64,000 bases of DNA from Longimicrobiales bacterium. Lineage in GTDB: Bacteria; Gemmatimonadota; Gemmatimonadetes; Longimicrobiales; Gaopeijiaceae. The notes under the pieces are model-generated. The model saw nothing but the letters and a program-made list of their open reading frames with translations. It made no database searches and had not been told where the DNA came from. Numbering within the stretch: position 1 is the first letter of the stretch; every line of letters starts with the position of its first letter. Shown piece by piece: positions 16,844 to 25,881 of this stretch. Position numbers and translations under genes: made by a program. The stretch spans positions 2,440,649 through 2,504,648 of the forward strand of contig OZ244063.1 of assembly GCA_965215535.1 (NCBI GenBank), written 5' to 3'.

Positions 16844-19744
16844 ATGCAAAAGCCCTCGTGCCGCACGATTCGCGTCGCCCTCATTCCCCTCCTGCTTCTC
16901 GGTGTTCTTGCGCATCCCGGACTTGCGCAACAGCGCGCCCTCGATCACGACGACGTGCTGCGCTGGAACACCATTGCCACCCCCGTTCTGTCTCCCGATG
17001 GTGCCTGGCTGGCCTTTGTTCTGAATGCCATGCAGGGCGATCCGTCGCTTACGATCCGTGCGGCGCGCGCAGGGAGCGAAGAGGTTGTACTGCGGGGCAC
17101 AGGGCCGCGCTTTACCCCGGATTCGCGCTTTGTGGTATGGAGTGTGCCGCCGGTCGAGGCGGTTGTGGATTCGCTGCGGCGCGAAGGTATGCGGGGCGAT
17201 GCGCTGCCGGGCGACTCGCTGGCCTTTGCCGAGGTGGAGTCGCTGCTGAATGGCGGTGCGCCGACCGTTCTGGGCGCGGTGAAGAACTTTCGGATTGCCG
17301 GCGAGGGAAGCTGGATCGCCTGGAAGCCCGCCGATCCGGAAGAGGACGCCGAAGAAGAAGAGGAGGAGGCCGAAGAGCCGGAGGAGGAGGCCGGGGGCGG
17401 CGGCGACGAGGATGATGAAGACGATGCGCGCACAAAGGAGGAAGGCTCTGCGCTGATTCTGCACAACCCGGGCACGGGCAGCGAGATGCGCCTGGAGAGG
17501 GTGACCGACTATTTTTTTGCCGAAGATGCGGCGACGCTGGTCTATGCGGTCTCGACGCGCAACGGCGATGGCGATGGCGTCTTTATGGCCTGGGCGGAGG
17601 GGGACAATGGCATGACGACGCGCTCGCTGCTCGAGGGCGAGGGCAACTACCGGCAGCTTGCGATCGCCGACGATGGCGGGCAGGTGGCCTTCCTGACCGA
17701 CCGCAACGACTACGAGGCCGATCAGCCCGAGTTCACCCTCTATCATGCGGCGGCGCCCTCGTGGTCGGCTGCGGGGTTGGCGAACTCTGCCACGGAGGGG
17801 GTGCCCGAGGGGTGGTGGGTGAGCGAAAATGGCGATGTGAGCCTTTCGGATGGCGGCGGCCGGGTGCACTTCGGAACCGCGCCGCGTCCCGAACCCGAGA
17901 ACGAGGATGCAGAAGAGATCCTGGAGCGCGACCGGGTTCGTCTCGATGTATGGAATTGGCGCGACCCGTATCTGCAACCGATGCAACTTGTGCAACTCGA
18001 TGACGAGCGTCGCCGGAGCTATGCGGCATTGGTGCATCTGGATGGAGGCCGGGTGGTGCAGCTCGCCACGCCGGAGCTTCCCACGGTGCGCTTTGCCGCC
18101 GAGGGCGACGCGACCCATGCGGTGGGTGCGACCGATGTGCCCTACCGCCAGCTTCTCTCGTGGGATGGGCGCTACAACGATGTCCATGCGATCGATCTGG
18201 CGACTGGCGAGCGCCGCCGGGTTGCCGAGAAGGTCAAGGGGTTTGCCGGAGCGCAGATCTCGCCCACCGGCGCGTATCTCTACTGGTGGGATGGCGATGC
18301 GCGTCACTGGATGGTGGCGGCCACCGCCGGCGGCGAAATCATGACGGCCAGCGCCGATCTTCCGCACCCCGTCTGGAACGAACTCGACGATCACCCCGAC
18401 CTGCCCCCCTCGTACGGGTCGGCGGGCTGGACCGAGGGCGACGAGGGATTCCTCTTCTACGACCGCTTCGATATCTGGCGCTTTGATCCGGCCACCGGCG
18501 CGACCACCAACCTGACCCAGGGCGAGGGCCGCGTCACCGGCACCCGCTTCCGCCATGTCCGCACCGACTTCGAATCCCCCGCGATCGCCGAGGGCGAGGC
18601 GCTCCTTCAGTCCTTTCACTACCTGGGCAAGCAATCGGGATTTCATCGGGGGCGCACCGACCGGGCCGCGACGCCCGAACCCGTGATTATGGCCGACAAG
18701 GTATACCGGATCCGGGGCAGGGCGGCCGACGCCAATCGCTGGCTCGTGACCCGCGAGGATTTTCGCGAATTCCCCGACCTTCAGGTCAGCGACGGCGACG
18801 ATGTGGGGCCCGCCCTGACCGACATGTTCAGAGTTTCGGATGCCAATCCGCAGCAGTCCGACTATCGCTGGGGAGCGGCCGAGATTGTGGAGTGGCACTC
18901 GAATGATGGCACCCCGCTGCAGGGAATTCTCTTTACTCCCGACAACTTCGACCCGTCCGCAAAGTATCCCATGATGGTGTATTTCTACGAACGCATGTCC
19001 GATGGCGTTCATCAGCACCGTTCGCCCCGTCCCGGCGGTTCGTCGATCTCGGTTCCCTTCTATGTGAGCCGCGGATATGTTGTCTTCATTCCCGACATTC
19101 CTTACGAGATCGGCTATCCCGGCGAGAGTGCGCTCGATGCGGTTGTGCCCGGCGTTCTCGGCCTGGTTGCGCGCGGCTTTGTGCAGGAAGACAAAATCGG
19201 CGTGCAGGGCCATTCCTGGGGCGGCTACCAGATTGCCTACATGATCACCAAAACCAACCTCTTCGCGGCGGCCGAGGCGGGTGCGCCGGTCAGCAACATG
19301 ACCAGTGCCTACGGGGGGATTCGCTGGCAGTCCGGCATGAGCCGCATGTTCCAGTACGAACGCACCCAGAGCCGGATCGGCGGCACCCTGTGGGAATCGA
19401 CCAGCGAATATTTGCACAACTCGCCCGTCTTCTACGCCGACAAGATCCACACCCCGCTCTTGATGATGCACAACGATGAAGACGGCGCCGTGCCCTGGTA
19501 CCAGGGAATTGAGATGTTCGTTGCCATGCGCCGCCTGCAAAAACCGGTCTGGATGCTCAACTACAACGGCCAGGGTCATGGCCTGAGCCGCGAAGCCGAC
19601 CGCAAGGACTGGTCGGTCCGCATGCAGCAGTTCTTCGACCACTACCTGATGGACGCCCCGGCACCGGTCTGGATGGAAGAGGGCGTGCCCGCGCTCCAGA
19701 AGGGGAAGACGCTGGGGCTGGAGGTGCGGAAGAAGGTGTCGTAA
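16844..19744 (+). CDS. Prolyl oligopeptidase (S9) family serine peptidase with N-terminal beta-propeller region, secreted
   Basis: The signal peptide is MQKPSCRTIRVALIPLLLLGVLAHPGLAQQ. The nucleophile elbow is GVQGHSWGGYQ, and the downstream HNDEDGAVP and GQGHGL motifs complete the triad. An acidic low-complexity insert DPEEDAEEEEEEAEEPEEEAGGGGDEDDEDD is encoded at about 17333-17445. Confidence 0.85.
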   Translation: MQKPSCRTIRVALIPLLLLGVLAHPGLAQQRALDHDDVLRWNTIATPVLSPDGAWLAFVLNAMQGDPSLTIRAARAGSEEVVLRGTGPRFTPDSRFVVWSVPPVEAVVDSLRREGMRGDALPGDSLAFAEVESLLNGGAPTVLGAVKNFRIAGEGSWIAWKPADPEEDAEEEEEEAEEPEEEAGGGGDEDDEDDARTKEEGSALILHNPGTGSEMRLERVTDYFFAEDAATLVYAVSTRNGDGDGVFMAWAEGDNGMTTRSLLEGEGNYRQLAIADDGGQVAFLTDRNDYEADQPEFTLYHAAAPSWSAAGLANSATEGVPEGWWVSENGDVSLSDGGGRVHFGTAPRPEPENEDAEEILERDRVRLDVWNWRDPYLQPMQLVQLDDERRRSYAALVHLDGGRVVQLATPELPTVRFAAEGDATHAVGATDVPYRQLLSWDGRYNDVHAIDLATGERRRVAEKVKGFAGAQISPTGAYLYWWDGDARHWMVAATAGGEIMTASADLPHPVWNELDDHPDLPPSYGSAGWTEGDEGFLFYDRFDIWRFDPATGATTNLTQGEGRVTGTRFRHVRTDFESPAIAEGEALLQSFHYLGKQSGFHRGRTDRAATPEPVIMADKVYRIRGRAADANRWLVTREDFREFPDLQVSDGDDVGPALTDMFRVSDANPQQSDYRWGAAEIVEWHSNDGTPLQGILFTPDNFDPSAKYPMMVYFYERMSDGVHQHRSPRPGGSSISVPFYVSRGYVVFIPDIPYEIGYPGESALDAVVPGVLGLVARGFVQEDKIGVQGHSWGGYQIAYMITKTNLFAAAEAGAPVSNMTSAYGGIRWQSGMSRMFQYERTQSRIGGTLWESTSEYLHNSPVFYADKIHTPLLMMHNDEDGAVPWYQGIEMFVAMRRLQKPVWMLNYNGQGHGLSREADRKDWSVRMQQFFDHYLMDAPAPVWMEEGVPALQKGKTLGLEVRKKVS

Positions 19745-19760
19745 GGGGGAGGAGCTGTAG

Positions 19761-20070
19761 GTGGATCGCCGAACCAACCCGTATGCGCCCGGGGTGGGAA
19801 CGCCGCCGCCGGAGCTGGTAGGCCGCGATGCGCTGATTGAGGATGCAGCGATTGCGCTGGACCGGCTCCGGGGCGGGTTGGCGGCCAAAAGCATATTGAT
19901 GATAGGGCTGCGCGGTGTAGGAAAGACCGTGTTGCTGAACAGGCTCGTTGCCGATGCGGAGCAGAGAAAATTCGAATGCGTTGTGGTTGAGGCTCCTGAG
20001 GAGAGGTCGCTGCCGGCGGCGCTGGCCGGTCCCCTGAATTCGGCGCTGATCCGCATGAGTCCCCCTCGAT
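19761..20070 (+). pseudogene. N-terminal fragment (about 100 aa) of an AAA/ORC-like ATP-binding protein
   Basis: A GTG start follows GGGGGAGGAG. The sequence NPYAPGVGTPPPELVGRDALIE...LMIGLRGVGKTVLLNRL contains a Walker A motif. Recognisable sequence stops after about 100 aa, although the frame runs on into the next gene. Confidence 0.5.
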
Positions 20071-20231
20071 CCCGCCCCTGGCACCCGCCACAACTCGCCC
20101 GTCCCCGCAGTTCTGGCGCAATCTCCGATTCCGACCGATACTTCAATGGAAGCCGGTCACCGCATTCTGGAGTGGCCCCGGCCTCACGATTCAATCCTCC
20201 ATCCCTCCATCCCCCTCACCGGCTTCCTTCC

Positions 20232-20483
20232 ATGCCCATCTTCGAATACACCTGCCTCGATTGCGGGCTTCACTTTGAGCGTCTGGTGCTGGGCGGTCGC
20301 ACGCCCACCTGTCCCGAGTGCGAAAGCGCGAAGCTGGAACGGCGGATGTCGCTGCCGCGCGTGAAGTCGTCGTCGACGCGCGCCATGGCGATGCGGGCGG
20401 CGAAGAAGCGCGATGCGTCGCAGGCGCGAGACCGCATGCACGAGCGGATCCGCTACGAGGAGAGTCACGATCGCCACGGTTGA
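20232..20483 (+). CDS. FmdB-family CxxC zinc-ribbon protein
   Basis: MPIFEYTCLDCGLHFERLVLGGRTPTCPECES has two CxxC pairs and the canonical N-terminal MPIxEYxC signature. Confidence 0.75.
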   Translation: MPIFEYTCLDCGLHFERLVLGGRTPTCPECESAKLERRMSLPRVKSSSTRAMAMRAAKKRDASQARDRMHERIRYEESHDRHG

Positions 20484-22005
20484 ACAGGCGCCGGCCGGAT
20501 CGGAGGCGTCGGCAGCGGGACCGACGGGTGCGTCACCCGGACTGAGGCGGCGGCTGGGGTTGCTGGGGCTCACCGCGACGGGGATCTGCGCCATGCTGGG
20601 CGCGGCGATCAATCTGATTCCGATCATGGTGCAGCGGAATGTGCCGGGGATCGGTCCGCATGTTCTTTCGGCCTATCTCTTCGCGGCGGTTCCGGCGCTT
20701 TTTGCGGCGCTGGCCTATGCAAGCCTCTCCTCGGCGATGCCGCGCGCCGGGGGCAGCTACATTCATGTCAGCCGTTCGCTCAGTCCGTACTGGGGATTTG
20801 TGGCCAGCTTTTCGCAGTGGTTCGGGCTGTCGATTGCGATCGGCGTCGTTTCCTATGTGCTGATCCCCTTTCTGCGCGATATCGCCGATGCCCTGGGGTG
20901 GGCGGGGACGGCCGTCGCGCTGGACACCGGTCCCCTGCGCGTCGGACTTGCGCTTGCCTTTCTCTGGAGCTTCGTAATTGTCAATTTGCGCGGCCTGGGC
21001 ATCTATCAGATTACCCTGATCCCCATGATGTTTCTGATGTTTGCGCTGGGCAGCGTGGTGATTGTGGCGGGATTTGCACACGATCAGGCCGACTTCGCGG
21101 CTGCCCTCCTTGCGCGCGACGGCCAGGTGCTTCCCCCGGCTCCGGAGGCTCCCTTCCGGGTGGGCACCTTCCTTGCGGCTTCCGCCCTTCTCTTCGCCTC
21201 CTTTATCGGCTTTGACGCGATTGCGCAGGCAGGGGGCGAGGCGCGTCGTCCAGCGCGCAATCTTCCGCTGGCAACCGGTCTTGCGGTTGTTGTGGTGGGC
21301 ACCTTCTACCTTCTCTTTACGGCTGCTGTCTATCATGCAGTTCCCTGGGGCTACGTTGCCCAGGAGGCGCAGCTTCGCGACCTCACCGCCCCCGGTCTCC
21401 TTGGCTATCTCCTGCCCACGGCCTGGACGGTTGCCATTGTTGCGGGGGCGGCCGTGGCGCTCATCAACGATCTGCCCGCAATGCTGCTGGCCGTGTCGCG
21501 CCTTGTCTATGCATGGGCCGCAGACGGGATCTTTCCCCGCCGCATTGCATCGGTGCACCAGCGTTTCCACACCCCCCACATTGCGCTGCTGATGAGCGGG
21601 TGCATGGCCACGGTGGGGATCCTGGGCAGCCACCTTGCAGGCGATTTCTTTCTTGGAATTGACATTCTGGTCACCTCCATGCTCGTCAACTTCCTGTTGA
21701 TGTGCATCTCGCTCCTGACCCTGGCGCGGCGGGCGCCCGTGCAGGCGGCAGAGATCCGGGTTTTGCGACATGGCGCGGCGCGGCGCGCGGTGGGTCTCTG
21801 CGGGGTTGCGCTGCTCGGCCTCTTCCTGGTTGTGCATATCCACAAGGATCTGACCGCCGAGGTGGGCGCCTGGTACTTTCACTCCACCTGGGTGTGGGTG
21901 ATTGTGATGGCGCTGGCGTCGGCGATCTTTGCATGGCAGTCGGGCCGGATGCGCCGCAAGGGGACCGATCCTGATGCAATCTTCCGCGCGCTGCCGCGCG
22001 AATAG
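20413..22005 (+). CDS. APC-superfamily amino acid/polyamine permease
   Basis: The hydrophobicity pattern indicates about 12 TM segments, and the N-terminal motif LRRRLGLLGLTATGICAMLGAAINLIP is present. The start is uncertain; ATG 20413 would overlap the zinc-ribbon gene by 71 nt. Confidence 0.8.
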   Translation: MRRRRETACTSGSATRRVTIATVEQAPAGSEASAAGPTGASPGLRRRLGLLGLTATGICAMLGAAINLIPIMVQRNVPGIGPHVLSAYLFAAVPALFAALAYASLSSAMPRAGGSYIHVSRSLSPYWGFVASFSQWFGLSIAIGVVSYVLIPFLRDIADALGWAGTAVALDTGPLRVGLALAFLWSFVIVNLRGLGIYQITLIPMMFLMFALGSVVIVAGFAHDQADFAAALLARDGQVLPPAPEAPFRVGTFLAASALLFASFIGFDAIAQAGGEARRPARNLPLATGLAVVVVGTFYLLFTAAVYHAVPWGYVAQEAQLRDLTAPGLLGYLLPTAWTVAIVAGAAVALINDLPAMLLAVSRLVYAWAADGIFPRRIASVHQRFHTPHIALLMSGCMATVGILGSHLAGDFFLGIDILVTSMLVNFLLMCISLLTLARRAPVQAAEIRVLRHGAARRAVGLCGVALLGLFLVVHIHKDLTAEVGAWYFHSTWVWVIVMALASAIFAWQSGRMRRKGTDPDAIFRALPRE

Positions 22006-22015
22006 CGAGGCGCAC

Positions 22016-23566
22016 ATGACCGACAACGATCGCGGCGTGGCGACGACCGGGGGCGGGCGCACGCGGGAAGAGGGCGAGGGACTGCGCACCCAACTGGCTC
22101 CCGGATTGGAGATCTCGCGGATCGTGACCGGACTCTGGCAGGTGGCCGATCAGGAGCGGGGCGGCACGACGCTGGATCCCGAAGAGGCCGCCCGGGCGCT
22201 GGATCCCTATGTCGACGCCGGGCTGACCACCTTCGATATGGCCGACCACTACGGATCGGCCGAGATCATTGCCGGAAGGCTGGCGCGTCGCCGTGCGGGG
22301 CGGGTGCAGTGTCTGACCAAGTGGGTGCCCGAACCGGGATCGGCCCGGAAGAAGGTTGTGGCGGCGGCGGTGGAGCGCGCACTGCAGCGCCTGGGCACGG
22401 AATCGATCGACCTTATGCAGCTTCATGGCTGGAGCTACGCCGACCCGAGCTGGCTGGACAATCTCTTTCTGCTGGCCGAACACCGCGACGCCGGGCGCAT
22501 TCGGCATCTGGGGCTGACCAACTGCGACGCAATTCATCTGGATATGGCGGTGCGGAGCGGTGTGCCGATCGTCTCCAATCAGATCTGCTTCTCGATGCTG
22601 GATCGCCGCGCGCTGGGTGCAATGACCGAGGTTTGCCGCCGTCATGGCATCGGCCTGCTGGCGTATGGAACGCTGGCCGGGGGATTTCTGAGCGAACGCT
22701 GGCTGGGGCAGAGCGAGCCGCCGCTCGATGACAGGTTGACGTGGTCGCAGATGAAGTACCGCCGCTTTATTGATCAGGCCGGGGGCTGGGGTCGCTTTCA
22801 GGCCTTGTTGAGGGTGTTGCAGGAGGTAGCGGAAGAGCTGGCAGAGGACGATGCGGAACCTGTGCAGGGTGGGAAGCGTCGCACTCCGACACTTGCGAAT
22901 GTGGCCTGCCGCTATATCCTCGATTGTCCCGAGGTGGCGGGAATTATTGTAGGGGCGCGGCCGGGCGGGGAGCTGCACATAGAGGAAAATCTTGCGCTGC
23001 TGGAGCGATCTCTGACCCCCCGGGCCCGGCGCGCGCTCGATGAAGCCTGCGACCGACTCGATCCGATCGGCGGCGACTGTGGCGACGAGTATCGCCGTCC
23101 CCCCTTTCTGACCGCCGCGGGCGACCTCAGTCATCACTTTGCGCACATGCCTGCGCCCTATGCGGTCGAGCATTCGGGTCCGGTTGCGCGCGTCTCCACC
23201 GGCACCCCCTGGGAGAAGATGGCCGGCTACTGTCGCGCGGTGCGCCGGGGCGATCGCATTCATGTGGCCGGCACCACCGCTTCGCATGGCGACCGCCTGA
23301 TCGGGGGGCGCGATCCGGCTGCGCAAACCCACTTCATTATCGACAAGATCGAGGGTGCTCTGCTCTCGCTGGGCGCCACCCTGGACGATGTGGTGCGAAC
23401 GCGAATCTACATTCGCAGCGGCGTCGCCTGGGAGAGTGTGGCGCGGGCGCATGGGCGGCGATTTGCACAGATTCGTCCGGTCAACACATTGGTGTATGCC
23501 GAGACCATCCACGAGGATTTGCTGGTGGAGATCGAAGCCGAGGCGGATCTGTCTGCGGCTGTATGA
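22016..23566 (+). CDS. Aldo/keto reductase fused to a C-terminal RidA/YjgF-like domain
   Basis: The AKR N-terminal part carries TTFDMADHYGSAE. The C-terminal roughly 125 aa carry RidA-like segments (IHVAGTTA..., THFIIDKIEGALLSLGATLDDVVRTRIYI..., VEIEAEA). The start is the ATG at 22016. Confidence 0.75.
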   Translation: MTDNDRGVATTGGGRTREEGEGLRTQLAPGLEISRIVTGLWQVADQERGGTTLDPEEAARALDPYVDAGLTTFDMADHYGSAEIIAGRLARRRAGRVQCLTKWVPEPGSARKKVVAAAVERALQRLGTESIDLMQLHGWSYADPSWLDNLFLLAEHRDAGRIRHLGLTNCDAIHLDMAVRSGVPIVSNQICFSMLDRRALGAMTEVCRRHGIGLLAYGTLAGGFLSERWLGQSEPPLDDRLTWSQMKYRRFIDQAGGWGRFQALLRVLQEVAEELAEDDAEPVQGGKRRTPTLANVACRYILDCPEVAGIIVGARPGGELHIEENLALLERSLTPRARRALDEACDRLDPIGGDCGDEYRRPPFLTAAGDLSHHFAHMPAPYAVEHSGPVARVSTGTPWEKMAGYCRAVRRGDRIHVAGTTASHGDRLIGGRDPAAQTHFIIDKIEGALLSLGATLDDVVRTRIYIRSGVAWESVARAHGRRFAQIRPVNTLVYAETIHEDLLVEIEAEADLSAAV

Positions 23567-23567
23567 T

Positions 23568-24941
23568 TCATGATTCCGTCTCTCGGAAGGCGCGTCCTCC
23601 GATCAGACGGTAGAGCAGCAGCGCGCCGGCGATCAGCCCGGCCGCCACCAGCACCTCTGCCGGGCGGTCGCGGGCAATGTGAAAGAGGGTCCAACCGGTC
23701 AGCGCAAGGAAGAGCAGCGGCGTTGCAGGATAGCCCCAACACCGGTAGGGCCGTTCCAGTCCGCCCTCGCGCATGCGCAGTACAATCAGTCCCGCCACGG
23801 TGGCGAAGCTGTTCAATCCCAGAACGAATCCTGTAAAGACGAGCACCTGTTCAAAGGATGCCGTGAGCACAAAGATCAGCGTCAGAATTGTCTGTACGGC
23901 AATTGCCGCCACGGGAATCCCGTTGGCGCGTCTCCATCCCAGCAGGCGCAACCTGGGGTAATCGCGCCCGATCATCTGCACAACCCGGGGGCCCGCAATG
24001 ACCATGGCGCTCACCGTCGAGATCAGGAGGAGCGCCAGAACCGCCGCCATGAGCGTTGCGCCCGCCGGACCGAAGATGAAGGTTGCCGCCACATATCCGA
24101 TCTCGACCCGGCCGGCTAGTTCGTCCATCGGCGCTGCCCGCAGAAATGCATGGTTGAGCGCCACATAGAGAAGAGTGACCAGGAGCGTGCCGATCGCCAG
24201 AACGCGCGGCAGATTGCGTCCGGGGGCGGTCAGCTCGCCGGTAATGTAGGTCGCGGCATTCCAGCCGGTATAGGCATACGAAACATAGATCAGAGACACT
24301 GCAAAGGCGCCCCCGAGGATGGCGTCAAAGTCTGCGGCAGTGGGCAGAAGAGGCACGGGTTGAGGCGCTTCGATCATTGTTGCGGCCGCTGCGCAGAATG
24401 CCACAATCAGCACAACCTTGACCGCAGTGAATCCGCTTTGCACAAATCCCGATGCGCGGTGGCTGGTCATGTGCACGGCGGCGGCGGCAAGCACAAGTCC
24501 TGCGGCCAGCGGCGTGACCGGAAGCGCCGGAATGGCCGAGGCGAGATAGGATGCGAAGGTCATGGCGGCCAGCGCGGTCGGGGCCGCAAATCCCACTGTG
24601 GCCGACACGATTCCCGACGCGAAGCCTGCGGTCGGATGATAGATGCGCGACAGAAAGGCGTATTCGCCCCCCGACCGGGGAATGGCCGCGCCCAGCTCGG
24701 CGTAGCAGACGGCACCGGAGAAGGCGGCCATGCCGCCGAGCACCCAGAGGAGCAGGAGCGCAAAGGTGGAGCGAATCTCCAGAAGCTGAAACCCCAGACT
24801 GGTGAAGACGCCAGTTCCGATCATGTTGGCGACCACCACCGAGATGGCGACCCAGGGGCCGTAGCGGCCGGATCCCGGCGGGGCGGGCGAGGGAGATGGC
24901 ATGGAGGCGGCGGGGGGAAACGAGAGAACCGGAGGAGGCAA
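23568..24941 (-). CDS. APC-superfamily amino acid permease
   Basis: The protein is 457 aa and multi-TM. The VVANMIGTGVFTSLG motif is typical of APC transporters. Confidence 0.8.
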   Translation of the reverse strand: MPPPVLSFPPAASMPSPSPAPPGSGRYGPWVAISVVVANMIGTGVFTSLGFQLLEIRSTFALLLLWVLGGMAAFSGAVCYAELGAAIPRSGGEYAFLSRIYHPTAGFASGIVSATVGFAAPTALAAMTFASYLASAIPALPVTPLAAGLVLAAAAVHMTSHRASGFVQSGFTAVKVVLIVAFCAAAATMIEAPQPVPLLPTAADFDAILGGAFAVSLIYVSYAYTGWNAATYITGELTAPGRNLPRVLAIGTLLVTLLYVALNHAFLRAAPMDELAGRVEIGYVAATFIFGPAGATLMAAVLALLLISTVSAMVIAGPRVVQMIGRDYPRLRLLGWRRANGIPVAAIAVQTILTLIFVLTASFEQVLVFTGFVLGLNSFATVAGLIVLRMREGGLERPYRCWGYPATPLLFLALTGWTLFHIARDRPAEVLVAAGLIAGALLLYRLIGGRAFRETES

Positions 24942-25144
24942 GGGATGCGAAAGAGCGGCAGCGAGGGGACGGGGACGGAAGGCTTGCGGAATCGGGTGGC
25001 GTGGTGCGGATGCACCCGGGCAGGGGTAGAATGGGGACTGGGGGGGTGCGGGGCCAGTTGGTGGAGGTGCACCGGAGGAGATTAGAGGGGCGGTGCGGTG
25101 GGTCGGACGCTGCGCTGCAAGGGGATGCGCCGTGGTCCCCCGCC

Positions 25145-25233
25145 TGCCGATTTGTCACCCTCTTGGTTTACAAAGATCAATTTTATGTCAGAAATTAAAT
25201 TCTGAATTGACAAAATCGCAAAAAAATCAACAA
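25145..25233. promoter_or_regulatory. AT-rich divergent promoter region between the permease (-) and the TIGR00725-like gene (+)
   Basis: This is the only strongly AT-rich stretch in this neighbourhood. It contains a perfect TTGACA at 25207-25212 and TTTACA at 25167-25172, but I could not pair either with a convincing -10 element. Confidence 0.25.
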
Positions 25234-25860
25234 ATGTCAACATCCGATGGCACTCCTGGCGGCTCCGATGCGCAGATCCGGGCCAGCTCCGTCCGTCCTG
25301 GACCGGGCCGAATCCCCATTGTGGGGGTCATGGGTTCGGGCGTTGAGGCGCACGCCGAGTTCGCCATTCCCCTGGGGCGACGGTTGGCGCGATTGGGCGT
25401 TCATCTGCTGACCGGAGGTGGAGCGGGTGTGATGGAGGCGGTGTCGCGGGCCTTTGCGCAGGAGCCGGGACGCGCGGGACTGGTGATCGGAATTCACCCA
25501 TTGGACCATTGCTTTTCGCGTACCGATGCTCTATACGAAGATGGACGCGGCGTGGAGGGGCGCGGGTACGCCAATCGCTGGGTCGAACTGCCGATCCGCA
25601 CCCACCTGGGCCGCGATGGCGACGATCCCCTGTCGCGCAATCATCTCAATATTCTGACCTCGGATGTGGTGGTTGCGCTGCCGGGAGGCGCCGGAACGGA
25701 CTCCGAGATCAGGCTGGCTCTGCGCTACGAACGACCGCTGATTCTCTATGGCGATCCAGAGCGCGCCCAAGGGTTGCCGAATCGGGTTGCGGTTGCCGAA
25801 AACACAGATCAGGCGATCAACTTCGTTGCACGGGAGCTGGCTGCAGGACTGCGGAAGTGA
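25234..25860 (+). CDS. TIGR00725/LOG-like Rossmann (SLOG superfamily) protein
   Basis: Diagnostic segments are IVGVMGSG...LGVHLLTGGGAGVMEAVSRAF...VIGIHP...VVVALPGGAGTDSEI. It carries an insert of about 40 aa relative to what I remember of the family. Confidence 0.6.
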   Translation: MSTSDGTPGGSDAQIRASSVRPGPGRIPIVGVMGSGVEAHAEFAIPLGRRLARLGVHLLTGGGAGVMEAVSRAFAQEPGRAGLVIGIHPLDHCFSRTDALYEDGRGVEGRGYANRWVELPIRTHLGRDGDDPLSRNHLNILTSDVVVALPGGAGTDSEIRLALRYERPLILYGDPERAQGLPNRVAVAENTDQAINFVARELAAGLRK

Positions 25861-25881
25861 GCGGCGCTCCCCCCGAAAACA

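Noticed and set aside
16697-20194. A 1165-aa minus-strand ORF antisense to the S9 peptidase.
   Set aside because: This is another antisense shadow ORF. It is low-complexity and Arg/Gly/Pro-rich, and the plus strand has the GxSxGG catalytic motif and a signal peptide.
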